64,000 nt of DNA, taken from positions 5,011-69,010 of the IMG/VR virus record IMGVR_UViG_2600255067_000001; one strand, given 5' to 3'. This stretch comes from a virus. The translations under genes and the position numbers were made by a program. Each line of letters opens with the position of its first letter. The stretch's first letter is position 1. Positions 54,660 through 62,830 of this stretch are shown one piece after another. Under the pieces are notes generated by a model. The model was not told the origin of the DNA. It saw only the letters and a program-made list of their open reading frames with translations, and did no database searches.

Positions 54660-55377
54660 AGCCACGCTTACGGAAGCGCCAGCAATCCCGCAAACCATCA
54701 CCCTCGGCGCGCCGAACATCGCGCTCATCGGTCAGTCGTCGGCTTCGCTGAAAGTCGCTCAGGCGTACGTGATTGACAGCACCGAAGTGGCCGAACTCGC
54801 GTCGCAAGACCTCGGGCGCGTCAAGTCGCTGTTCAAGAGCGTCGAAGAAGAGCGTCGCAAGATCGTCGATCCGCTCAACACTGCCGTGAAGGCGGTCAAC
54901 GACCTCTTCCGGCCCGCGACGCAGTACCTCGAACAAGCCGAAAGCACGCTGAAACGCGGACTGCTGGCTTGGAACCAAAAAGTCGAGCGCGAGGCGCGGG
55001 AGGAGCAGGCTGCGGCCGAAGCCACTGCACGCGCCGAACGTGAGCGGCTGCAATCGCAGGCAACGGAACTCGCGGCCCAAGGCCATACCGAGGCCGCCGA
55101 AGCTGTGCGCGAGACGGCGCAAGTCATCACCGCGCCCGTGGTGGCCGCGCCGAAAGCGAAGGTCACCGGCATCTCGTCGCGCGGCACGTGGAAGGCAAAG
55201 GTCACCGACAAGATGACGCTCATCAAGTTCGTCGCCGAGCACCCGGAGTTCGAGCACTTGCTCGACGCGAACATGCAGCAGCTCAACGCGCTCGCGAAGG
55301 CCATGAAGGAGAAGATGAAGGTCGGCGGCGTCGAGCCCTTCGAGGAGAAGAGCATCGCGTCTCGCGCCGCGGCCTAA
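54649..55377 (+). CDS. Hypothetical coiled-coil protein in the recombination module
   Basis: 242 aa, RBS GGAGAAG, long helical Ala/Glu-rich centre. Confidence 0.5.
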   Translation: MSAEATLTEAPAIPQTITLGAPNIALIGQSSASLKVAQAYVIDSTEVAELASQDLGRVKSLFKSVEEERRKIVDPLNTAVKAVNDLFRPATQYLEQAESTLKRGLLAWNQKVEREAREEQAAAEATARAERERLQSQATELAAQGHTEAAEAVRETAQVITAPVVAAPKAKVTGISSRGTWKAKVTDKMTLIKFVAEHPEFEHLLDANMQQLNALAKAMKEKMKVGGVEPFEEKSIASRAAA

Positions 55378-55380
55378 CAG

Positions 55381-55782
55381 GTGCAGGCCACGTTCATATT
55401 GCGCGGCGACGGGCACGCCAAGCGGCTCTACGCGTTCCTGAAGGCGCACTGGCGGGCGATGGCGGCGGCAGGTAAGCCGCTTGCCGTCGAGGTGCGCCCG
55501 TACAAGGACAAGCGGACCATCGAGCAGAACAAAAAACTGCACGCCATGATCCGCGACATTGCTGAGCAGGCATGGGTCAGCGGGCGCCAGCACAACGAGG
55601 AGGAATGGAAGGAGTACATACGACGTCGTTTTATTGGCGTCGAGGACTTCCATCTTCCAAACGGTTGCCGCATTGAACGCGGCATCTCAACCACTTCCCT
55701 TGACATAGAGGAGTTCGCCAAACTGATCACCATGGTTGAAGCATGGGCGGTCACCGACCTCGGCGTTGAGTTCACTGAATGA
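55381..55782 (+). CDS. ninB: NinB/Orf-family recombination protein
   Basis: 133 aa ...PYKDKRTIEQNKKLHAMIRDIAEQ... NinB signature. Confidence 0.7.
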   Translation: MQATFILRGDGHAKRLYAFLKAHWRAMAAAGKPLAVEVRPYKDKRTIEQNKKLHAMIRDIAEQAWVSGRQHNEEEWKEYIRRRFIGVEDFHLPNGCRIERGISTTSLDIEEFAKLITMVEAWAVTDLGVEFTE

Positions 55783-55949
55783 CTACACATAGCACCCGCC
55801 CGGCGTCCATCGCGAAGTTTCGCGAGACGACATCCAAGATGGTCCCGTTCAACTGGTCACAGCGCACATGCAAGGCATGCCGTCGGCGCCGATCCATCGG
55901 CCAGTTTCCAGACGGCGGCGATATCTGCCTCTCCTGCACCAAGGGTTAG
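55779..55949 (+). CDS. Small Cys4 zinc-ribbon protein
   Basis: 56 aa ...RTCKACRRRSIGQFPDGGDICLSCTKG, ATGA-coupled to ninB. Confidence 0.4.
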   Translation: MTTHSTRPASIAKFRETTSKMVPFNWSQRTCKACRRRRSIGQFPDGGDICLSCTKG

Positions 55950-55990
55950 AATTAGCGCTGCCGTGGTTGCGCCTCAAAGCGCAAACACTT

Positions 55991-56018
55991 GGGGACCGTC
56001 TAGGCGGTCCCTTTTTTT
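55991..56018 (+). terminator. Rho-independent terminator
   Basis: ggggaccgtctaggcggtccc followed by ttttttt. Confidence 0.7.
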
Positions 56019-56027
56019 CATACTTTT

Positions 56028-56068
56028 TTGCTAACGTTGTTGCACACACGTTATTTCGTTGCTAATAT
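56028..56068 (+). promoter_or_regulatory. Tandem overlapping sigma-70-like promoters (TTGCTA-17-TTATTT and TTGCAC-17-TAATAT) with conserved motif
   Basis: tTTGCTAacgttgttgcacacacgTTATTTcgttgcTAATATtcg. Confidence 0.45.
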
Positions 56069-56125
56069 TCGTTCCATCACAACCGGTGCAAAAAGCACCA
56101 CAAACCACGGCAAAAAGGAACGACG

Positions 56126-56356
56126 ATGAACAACAAGAACTTCCGCATAATATCGAGCCCGCTCAGGCCCGTAAGCTACCTGCTCGCGACCGGCGGCGTA
56201 GGCTTCGGGTATGAGGCAGACGGGCACGTCATGATTGAAGCGGGTGGCACGTTCGCACCCATCGAGGTCGAGAAGTATTTGCAGGACAACGGCGCGGCAT
56301 TCGAAGTCGCTCGTACGCACGGCCTCAAGGCCGGCCGCGCCCGGTTCAACGCGTGA
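56126..56356 (+). CDS. Hypothetical protein
   Basis: 76 aa, RBS AAAAAGGAA. Confidence 0.45.
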   Translation: MNNKNFRIISSPLRPVSYLLATGGVGFGYEADGHVMIEAGGTFAPIEVEKYLQDNGAAFEVARTHGLKAGRARFNA

Positions 56357-56364
56357 GGTCCGCC

Positions 56365-56637
56365 ATGACGACCACTCGCGAACAGTTCTATCAGGTGCGC
56401 CGCGCGCACCGCGAGATGCGCAGCGCGCTCAAGCTCCAGTGCGCATCGGCCTCTCGCATGGCGTTCCGTGCCGCAATCATGCGCATGGCGCCGATCAGCC
56501 TGCCTATCGACGTGGCCCGCGCCGCAGTCGAAAGCATAATACCGGGGCACGACTGGTTCCCTTCCCTCACGCAAGCAATCGAGCGTCAACAACGACGCGC
56601 GCTTTCGCTCGCCAGTCGTGCTAACGCGTGTGCATGA
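56365..56637 (+). CDS. Hypothetical protein
   Basis: 90 aa MTTTREQFYQVRRAHREMRSALKLQ... Confidence 0.4.
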   Translation: MTTTREQFYQVRRAHREMRSALKLQCASASRMAFRAAIMRMAPISLPIDVARAAVESIIPGHDWFPSLTQAIERQQRRALSLASRANACA

Positions 56638-56673
56638 TCGTTACCAACCTGCGTTAAAGAGAGGATCACCACG

Positions 56674-57276
56674 ATGAAGATCAATGCAACAGCGTCGGCG
56701 TTCAAGGCGCTCCAGATAATAGCCCCGCGCGACGACATCCGTTACTACCTGAACGGTGTCTATGTCGAAGCGAAAGCGGGCGAAACGAGACTTGTCGCGA
56801 CGGACGGCCACCGCCTGGCGGTCTACCGCATCGAGTGCAATAACGATGTTCCAGACGGTCAAGCTGTATCGCTGATCGTGCCGAACTCCGTAATTGAACG
56901 CCTGCGCGTTAGCCGCACGTCGCCCGATGAAGTCGAAATCGGGTGGCTTGACGACGGGCGCGCCTACGTCTCGCACGACGATGTCCGCATCGCGTTCACA
57001 CCGACCGAAGGCAAGTTTCCCGACTACCGCAAGGTGATACCGCGGACCTTCACCAACACGCCAGGCAACTACAACCCGAGCTACCTCGCGGACTTCCAGA
57101 AGGTCGGCGCGGCACTGAAGCGGCAGCGCGGCCTTTCCAATGTCTACGTCGCTATGCGACAGAACGGCGAAAGCGGCGCATTGGTCACGGTCGCTGGGCT
57201 CGACAACTTCGCTGGCGTCGTGATGCCGCAGCGAATCGGCGATTCGCCATCCGTTGCATGGGCGACGATGCAATGA
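56674..57276 (+). CDS. Truncated DNA polymerase III beta-clamp homologue (DnaN domain II plus a minimal domain III)
   Basis: 200 aa. DIRYYLNGVYVEAKAGETRLVATDGHRLAV and GKFPDYRKVIPR align with the E. coli DnaN domain II motifs DVRYYLNGMLFE...LRTVATDGHRLAV and GRFPDYRRVLPK. The C-terminal VVMPQRI matches the DnaN terminus VVMPMRL. Confidence 0.65.
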   Translation: MKINATASAFKALQIIAPRDDIRYYLNGVYVEAKAGETRLVATDGHRLAVYRIECNNDVPDGQAVSLIVPNSVIERLRVSRTSPDEVEIGWLDDGRAYVSHDDVRIAFTPTEGKFPDYRKVIPRTFTNTPGNYNPSYLADFQKVGAALKRQRGLSNVYVAMRQNGESGALVTVAGLDNFAGVVMPQRIGDSPSVAWATMQ

Positions 57277-57377
57277 CGCCCTTCCTCTGCGAACTGGAAC
57301 GCCGTCACCCCATCGCATTCGCGATTGGCGGCGCACTCATCATCACTGCGGTCGTGCTGCTCGCGACCGCCACCTGA
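57273..57377 (+). CDS. Candidate hydrophobic micro-protein between the clamp-like gene and rtcB
   Basis: 34 aa MTPFLCELERRHPIAFAIGGALIITAVVLLATAT, ATGA overlap with the upstream stop, high GC3. Confidence 0.3.
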   Translation: MTPFLCELERRHPIAFAIGGALIITAVVLLATAT

Positions 57378-57385
57378 GACCCACC

Positions 57386-58582
57386 ATGAAGCAAGTCATT
57401 CACGAAGACGGCGCGCGGCCCGTCAAGGTCTGGACGAACGAAATCGAGGACGAAGCGTTGCAGCAGGCGAAGAACCTCGCTCGACTGCCGTTCATCCACC
57501 ACAACGGCGTGTCGCTCATGCCCGACGTCCACGCCGGCAAAGGTTCGACCATCGGCTCGGTGATTGCGACCGAGAAGGCGATCATCCCGGCGGCCGTGGG
57601 CGTCGATATCGGTTGCGGCATGAACGCTGTGCGACTTTCGCTGAAGGCGTCGGACCTCCCGGAAAGTCTCACCGCTATCCGGCATCAGATCGAGCGCGAC
57701 ATTCCGCTCGGCGCGGGCGGCCAGCATCAGCGGCCCGAAGACGTGCCGGCGATGCCTACAGCCTTCCTCGAGATGTTGTCGATGATCGCGGCGAAGCATC
57801 CCGGCATCGGCCGAGGTCTTGAAGCGAAGGCGGCGAAGCAGCTCGGTTCACTCGGTTCGGGAAACCACTTCATCGAACTCTGCCTCGACGAGAACGAAGA
57901 CGTGTGGGTGATGCTGCACAGCGGATCGCGCGGCATCGGCAACATGATCGGGACGTACTTCATCGAGCGTGCGAAGAAAGCCATGCGTGGATGGTTCGTC
58001 AACCTTCCCGACGCGGACCTCGCCTATCTGCCCGAAGACACCGACGACTTCAACGCCTATGTGCAGGCAGTCGAATGGGCGCAGGAATACGCCCTCGCCA
58101 ATCGGGCCGTGATGATGGATCGCGTCATTGCGGCACTGCGCCGCCATATCCCCGTCGAGTTCACGATCACGCAGGAAGCGATCAACTGCCACCACAACTA
58201 CATCGCGCGCGAGAACCACTTCGGCCGCAACCTGTGGGTGACTCGCAAGGGTGCGATTCGCGCGCGCGAAGGCGACCTCGGCATCATCCCCGGCTCGATG
58301 GGCCAGCGGAGCTACATCGTGCGCGGCAAGGGCGAATTGCAGTCGTACTGCTCGTGCTCGCACGGCGCCGGCCGACGCATGAGTCGCGCGAAGGCGCGGA
58401 AGCTCTTCAGCGTCGACGACCTCAAAGCGCAGACGGATGGCGTCGAGTGCCGCAAAGACGACGCCGTGCTCGACGAAATCCCGGCGGCCTACAAGGACAT
58501 CGACACGGTGATGGAGAACCAGCGCGACCTGGTCGAAGTCGTGCACGTGCTGAAGCAGGTTCTCTGCGTCAAGGGGGCCTAA
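57386..58582 (+). CDS. rtcB: RtcB RNA ligase
   Basis: 398 aa with MPDVHAGKG, GSGNHF, HSGSRG, NCHHNY and SCSHGAGR metal/GTP-binding motifs diagnostic of RtcB. Confidence 0.85.
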   Translation: MKQVIHEDGARPVKVWTNEIEDEALQQAKNLARLPFIHHNGVSLMPDVHAGKGSTIGSVIATEKAIIPAAVGVDIGCGMNAVRLSLKASDLPESLTAIRHQIERDIPLGAGGQHQRPEDVPAMPTAFLEMLSMIAAKHPGIGRGLEAKAAKQLGSLGSGNHFIELCLDENEDVWVMLHSGSRGIGNMIGTYFIERAKKAMRGWFVNLPDADLAYLPEDTDDFNAYVQAVEWAQEYALANRAVMMDRVIAALRRHIPVEFTITQEAINCHHNYIARENHFGRNLWVTRKGAIRAREGDLGIIPGSMGQRSYIVRGKGELQSYCSCSHGAGRRMSRAKARKLFSVDDLKAQTDGVECRKDDAVLDEIPAAYKDIDTVMENQRDLVEVVHVLKQVLCVKGA

Positions 58583-58585
58583 GCC

Positions 58586-58774
58586 ATGGGAGCCCGAAGC
58601 CTCTTTTCTCTCGCCGGCGCGGTCATTGCGGCAGCCGGCAAAGCGTGGCGCAACGCCGTGCCGCGCCCCGCCCTTCCGGCGCCGACTACCAGGACCAAGC
58701 GCGTCCGTCCGCGCCGGGTCACCTACGAACAGCGCGTGCGTGATCGCCTGCGCGCATCTGGAAAGGTGATGTGA
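58586..58774 (+). CDS. Small basic protein
   Basis: 62 aa, RBS AAGGGGG, Arg/Pro-rich C-terminus. Confidence 0.4.
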   Translation: MGARSLFSLAGAVIAAAGKAWRNAVPRPALPAPTTRTKRVRPRRVTYEQRVRDRLRASGKVM

Positions 58775-59265
58775 TGCCCGCGAGCAAAAAGCCACGTAAG
58801 CGGTATCGCCCGCGCGCTGCGGGCGCGGACATAGCAATGGGGCCGATAGGGCGCGCGATGCAAGCGCGCATTGACCGCGAGCCCATGACCGAAGATCAAG
58901 CGCGAGACCTCGGCATCGCCTACCACGTCGCGCTCGAGTGCATGCTCCGCGGCACGGGAGACGAAGAGTCGTGGTCGACGGTCACGTGCTCGCTGAACAT
59001 CGCGCTCGTGCTCGCCGAGCGCGGCATCGGCGCCGAGTACGAGCCGACTCTCGTACGCGCACTTGATGGCGCGTTCCGCGCGAAGCTGCGAGCACAACGG
59101 ACGGCCCGGTGGGCATACGACGGCGACGCCATCAACGACATCCGCGAAGCGTTCGCGCTCCACGACGAGCAGATGAAAGTCGCTCTCGTCGGCGAGGTGC
59201 GCGCGGCGCTTCGCGAGGTGCATCGGCGCATCGACGCCGGCAACGTGTACCGGGAGGCAGCATGA
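58771..59265 (+). CDS. Hypothetical protein
   Basis: 164 aa ORF with basic N-terminus. Confidence 0.5.
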   Translation: MMPASKKPRKRYRPRAAGADIAMGPIGRAMQARIDREPMTEDQARDLGIAYHVALECMLRGTGDEESWSTVTCSLNIALVLAERGIGAEYEPTLVRALDGAFRAKLRAQRTARWAYDGDAINDIREAFALHDEQMKVALVGEVRAALREVHRRIDAGNVYREAA

Positions 59266-60338
59266 CCATGACGAAAGGGCGGATCGAGCGCGCGGGCCGC
59301 GTCGTGTTCCACGATTCCGAATTACGCGTGTGGGAAGAAGGCATTCCGCGCGAATGGAATGCTGCGCGCGCGTGGGAACGCCAGTTCAAGCGCGACGTGT
59401 TCGCACGCATTGTGCAGACGCTCAACCGACTCGGCTGGACATGCGTTGTCCCGCCAGAGATGGTCAAGCAGTATGGCAAGAACTTTGCCGAAGACTACCG
59501 ATACTGCCGCAAGGGCGATCTGCAGGCCGAGCTTTCCCTCTCGGGGCGCTGCATCGAATTCGAGATGTGGCAGGACGTGCAGAACGGTAGCAATCCGAAC
59601 GGCGGCAAGTACGACTTCGACAAAGCATCCCGTATGACGTACCTGCAGCGCCTCGAGATGGAGCGCACGCGCCGGCGCATCCGCGACTATCTGTGCAACG
59701 TCTTCACCGGTTACGAATTCGAGTCGCCTCGAAATCCCGAGATTGGCGTGATGGGCATGACAGCCGAGGAATATGCCGAGCATAGCCGTCGCACGAGTGG
59801 CCATTATGTGCCCGAACTTGGCCGCGCTCGCATTTACCCTGGATCGCGCAACGATATTGCACGCGATGGCGGCACCATCGAGCACGGCGCTAAGGTATGG
59901 GCGATTGACCGCAAAGGCCGAATCGTCACCGGAACGGCCTACTACAGCCTGAATAACAACTGGCACATTGTCACCGGCAAATACGGGCTGCTCTATGCAC
60001 ACACGGGCGAGATATTCGCGAGCCGCCCCGACAACCTGCGGGTAAAACGCAACATGCGTGAGCGCCGCAAGCGACTTGAGCGCGAACTTGCGAAGGCGGT
60101 CGAGCAGATGAACTACGAGAGGGCCGCGACGCTGCGCGACATTCTATTTCCTGGCAACCCTGATCTGTTCAACGTATGGCACGACGAGCACCAGATGTAC
60201 CACTGCTCGGATTTCTGCGGTTATACGCGCGATCAATCGAAGGCCGGAAAGTTCACGGCCGACGAGGTCCGCGAATGGAACCGTGCGCCGAACAAGGTCA
60301 TACCGATCAGGCGAGAAGCCGAGATGGAGGCAGCGTGA
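59262..60338 (+). CDS. Hypothetical protein with UVR-like motif
   Basis: 358 aa (MTMTKGRIERAG...). ...RERRKRLERELAKAVEQMNYERAATLRDILF resembles the UvrB/UvrC UVR motif. Confidence 0.5.
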   Translation: MTMTKGRIERAGRVVFHDSELRVWEEGIPREWNAARAWERQFKRDVFARIVQTLNRLGWTCVVPPEMVKQYGKNFAEDYRYCRKGDLQAELSLSGRCIEFEMWQDVQNGSNPNGGKYDFDKASRMTYLQRLEMERTRRRIRDYLCNVFTGYEFESPRNPEIGVMGMTAEEYAEHSRRTSGHYVPELGRARIYPGSRNDIARDGGTIEHGAKVWAIDRKGRIVTGTAYYSLNNNWHIVTGKYGLLYAHTGEIFASRPDNLRVKRNMRERRKRLERELAKAVEQMNYERAATLRDILFPGNPDLFNVWHDEHQMYHCSDFCGYTRDQSKAGKFTADEVREWNRAPNKVIPIRREAEMEAA

Positions 60339-60742
60339 TCGACTTCTTAGGAGGTACCGCCACGAACCAGCCATCTCAAGCCGCCCCTGCGCTGACGTTC
60401 GAAAAGATGTGCGCCGACATCAAGAAGGTGATGGACGAACTCGACGCATGCGAACCGACGCGAGAAGCATCGCTACCTTTCGGCATCCCGATTTTCGAGA
60501 ATCGGTGCGTGGCCGCTGACTTTGCGCGGCCGGCGAGGGTCCACAAGCGACGCCGCTGGATGAGCGACGCCTACCACCGGCGGGTGCAGAAGAAGTGGAC
60601 GAAGCGCTTCGGCTATCAGCCGGACGAAACCGTCGTCTACCTAGTCAATCCGCCAGCGCTTGGCATCGCAGCCGGACCGTGTCTGATCATGAGTCCGGTC
60701 GCGCTCGCGAAGGTCCGCGCAGCACAGGGAGCCATCGTATGA
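60335..60742 (+). CDS. Hypothetical protein (GTG start)
   Basis: 135 aa, RBS GGAGG, GTGA overlap with the upstream gene. Confidence 0.45.
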   Translation: MIDFLGGTATNQPSQAAPALTFEKMCADIKKVMDELDACEPTREASLPFGIPIFENRCVAADFARPARVHKRRRWMSDAYHRRVQKKWTKRFGYQPDETVVYLVNPPALGIAAGPCLIMSPVALAKVRAAQGAIV

Positions 60743-60867
60743 AAACCATCTTGGCAGTTGTCGGCGGCGGCATCCTCGCGCTCGCCACGCTCGGCTTGAT
60801 CGGCGTCGGGCACTTCCGCATCTACTACGGCGACAAGCCGTTGACGTGCTGGCGAGGTGAGGCATGA
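60739..60867 (+). CDS. Small membrane peptide
   Basis: 42 aa MKTILAVVGGGILALATLGLIGVGHFRIYYGDKPLTCWRGEA. Confidence 0.35.
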   Translation: MKTILAVVGGGILALATLGLIGVGHFRIYYGDKPLTCWRGEA

Positions 60868-61103
60868 GCACGCGCACACTCATCGAGATTAACCACGATC
60901 TGCTGCACCGGCTGCAGGACGACCCGTCGATTATGGCGCGCATCCTGGACGACCTCGGCTGCACGCGATACAACGCCGAACTGAACCGCGCGAACGAAGA
61001 AGGGAAGCCGCTCCAGCTCGCGAGCGGCGTCACGCTCGTTCTTCAGCGGCATCACTCGGAATACATCACGGTCAAGACCCGATACGTCAAGGTGAGGCTA
61101 TGA
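60864..61103 (+). CDS. Hypothetical protein
   Basis: 79 aa ORF. Confidence 0.45.
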   Translation: MSTRTLIEINHDLLHRLQDDPSIMARILDDLGCTRYNAELNRANEEGKPLQLASGVTLVLQRHHSEYITVKTRYVKVRL

Positions 61104-61471
61104 GCAAGACCAATGAGTTTCCGAGCCCGCTCAACGAAGGGCCTCCCTATGACCCTGTACTAGCGCGACTAGCTGTTGAGAGCGTGCGCGCGGCCCATGC
61201 CGCAAAGCGTCCGTATGTCCACATCGAGGACGCCATCGAATTGCTGAAGTGGGTTTGCTTGCCAAGCGAAATTGGCGGTAACCCGCTGCCCGCCATGATC
61301 GAGCGGGCTCGACAACTGGTGACCGCGGAGAGAGCGATTAAGTGGCGCCCCGATCATTTCGAATCGCAGACCGTACGGTACTACCAACTCACGGAAGACG
61401 ACTTGACCAAGCTTCTGTCGCTGATGCGAGCCGATGCTATTAATCAGGTGAAAAATGGGGTGTTGCCGTGA
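61100..61471 (+). CDS. Hypothetical protein
   Basis: 123 aa ORF. Confidence 0.5.
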   Translation: MSKTNEFPSPLNEGPPYDPVLARLAVESVRAAHAAKRPYVHIEDAIELLKWVCLPSEIGGNPLPAMIERARQLVTAERAIKWRPDHFESQTVRYYQLTEDDLTKLLSLMRADAINQVKNGVLP

Positions 61472-61827
61472 AGTCCTTCCCCATCTACCCCGAGACGTTC
61501 GCCGCGATGTGCACCGATCGCGCCGGCCAGAAGTATCGGCCGAGCAACGGCACCGAGGGCGAGGTCTTCTTCGACGCGTGGTGTCGGCAGTGCGCGCGGG
61601 ACCGGTCAATGAGCGAAGGCGAAAGCGTAGACGAGTGCGACGACAACGAAGTGTGCGGGATCATTGCGCGCACGTTCGCTCACGACATCGACGACCCGGA
61701 ATATCCGCGCGAGTGGCAATACGGGCCGGACGGCCAGCCGCGCTGCACGGCGTACGTTGAAGCGGGACGACCAGTTCCGCCGCCGCGGTGTACGCGCACC
61801 GCGGACATGTTCGGAGGGGGCGATTGA
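61468..61827 (+). CDS. Hypothetical Cys-rich protein
   Basis: 119 aa ...FDAWCRQCARDRS...CDDNEVCG... Confidence 0.45.
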   Translation: MKSFPIYPETFAAMCTDRAGQKYRPSNGTEGEVFFDAWCRQCARDRSMSEGESVDECDDNEVCGIIARTFAHDIDDPEYPREWQYGPDGQPRCTAYVEAGRPVPPPRCTRTADMFGGGD

Positions 61828-62054
61828 TGCGATCAAGCGGCCTGAAACATGAACTGGAAGGTCTGAGGCGGAACATCGCCCGGACCGATGCCAACATGGG
61901 GGAACTGGCAAGCGACTTTTGGGCGAACGGCGGTGTGTGCTGCCCATCCTGCGGTGTGCCGGGCTATTCCGAATTGGAACTCAAGCAGGAGCGCCGCGAG
62001 CAGCGTGTGAAGGAGATCATTGCCAAGCTGAAGCGGGACGGAGGGAGCGAGTAA
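61827..62054 (+). CDS. Small CxxC protein
   Basis: 75 aa ...GGVCCPSCGVPGYSE... Confidence 0.4.
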   Translation: MRSSGLKHELEGLRRNIARTDANMGELASDFWANGGVCCPSCGVPGYSELELKQERREQRVKEIIAKLKRDGGSE

Positions 62055-62356
62055 TGCAAGACGACATGTTCGCCGATCTGCTTGCCCCGGCACCCGAGCC
62101 CGAAGTACCGCCGGCACCGGCTGCGCCGGATATCACGGTCGACGATCTGCCAGAGAAGCTGAGAGCGCAGCCGTTGGCGATGCACGCGCGCAAGCCCGAA
62201 GGTGGCCCACAACTCGACGAGTGGACCCGCGTTACTCAGCGACTCTATCTGCTGTGGCTCGTCGGGACGCTGGCGCGCAACACCTATAGGGATTCGAGCA
62301 TCGTCAACGCGCGCCAGGTGCTGAGGAAGCTTAACGGCCTCGGGGGCGAATGGTGA
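62054..62356 (+). CDS. Hypothetical protein
   Basis: 100 aa, Pro/Ala-rich N-terminus. Confidence 0.45.
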   Translation: MQDDMFADLLAPAPEPEVPPAPAAPDITVDDLPEKLRAQPLAMHARKPEGGPQLDEWTRVTQRLYLLWLVGTLARNTYRDSSIVNARQVLRKLNGLGGEW

Positions 62357-62613
62357 ACGCCCTCTTCCTGCTCATGGGCCGCTTCGACTGTCGGCCGATG
62401 CTCACGCTCGACGAGGTGTGCGAGGCCGTCGGCTACGAGAAAAACACCGCCTACAACGACCTGAGCAACGGGCTCTTCCCGATACCACTACGCAAGCAGG
62501 GAAAGCGACTGTTCGCGGACGTGCGGGACGTTGCCGAATACCTTGACGCGATGCGCGAGAAGGTGAAGGCCGCGCATACGGCGCACCGTCAAAAGATGGG
62601 TCTCGACCAGTGA
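62350..62613 (+). CDS. AlpA-family regulator / excisionase (Xis-like)
   Basis: 87 aa ...MLTLDEVCEAVGYEKNTAYNDLSNGLFPIP...KRLF..DVAEYL (AlpA/MerR-like HTH). Last prophage gene, adjacent to attR. Confidence 0.65.
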   Translation: MVNALFLLMGRFDCRPMLTLDEVCEAVGYEKNTAYNDLSNGLFPIPLRKQGKRLFADVRDVAEYLDAMREKVKAAHTAHRQKMGLDQ

Positions 62614-62640
62614 CGCGGCAGTGTCGGTCTGTCCAACCAA

Positions 62641-62668
62641 GGCCCGGCTATACGCCGGGCTTTTTCTT
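62641..62668 (+). terminator. Rho-independent terminator after the xis-like gene
   Basis: ggcccggctatacgccgggc followed by tttttc. Confidence 0.6.
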
Positions 62669-62772
62669 TCCCACTGCAGCATGGCGCTACGACTGTGGCA
62701 AAACTGCTACAACAGCGCAAAAAAATCTGGCAGAGCCTTATCTGACGCGGCTCTCACGACTCATTCAGTCCA

Positions 62773-62830
62773 ATCCATCATCGGCGCCACGCTGACGCGG
62801 CGAGGACTGGGGGAGCGGGAAAGAGACATA
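62773..62830 (-). pseudogene. dusA: attR core plus displaced original 5' end of dusA (remnant encoding ...RSPSPRRVSVAPMMDWTE*)
   Basis: The reverse complement translates in frame to a DusA N-terminus paralogous to the phage-supplied MEKRSKRRVSIAPMMDWTD. The 11-bp core is identical to attL. Confidence 0.6.

Larger units (their letters stand above)
1118..62783. mobile_element. dusA-integrated temperate prophage of about 61.7 kb. It carries an HK97-like head module, a Mu-like contractile-tail module and a tyrosine integrase.
   Basis: Bounded by direct-repeat cores within dusA 5' sequence. Integrase lies at the left edge and AlpA/Xis at the right edge. It contains complete head, tail, lysis, replication and immunity gene sets. 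Confidence 0.85.
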
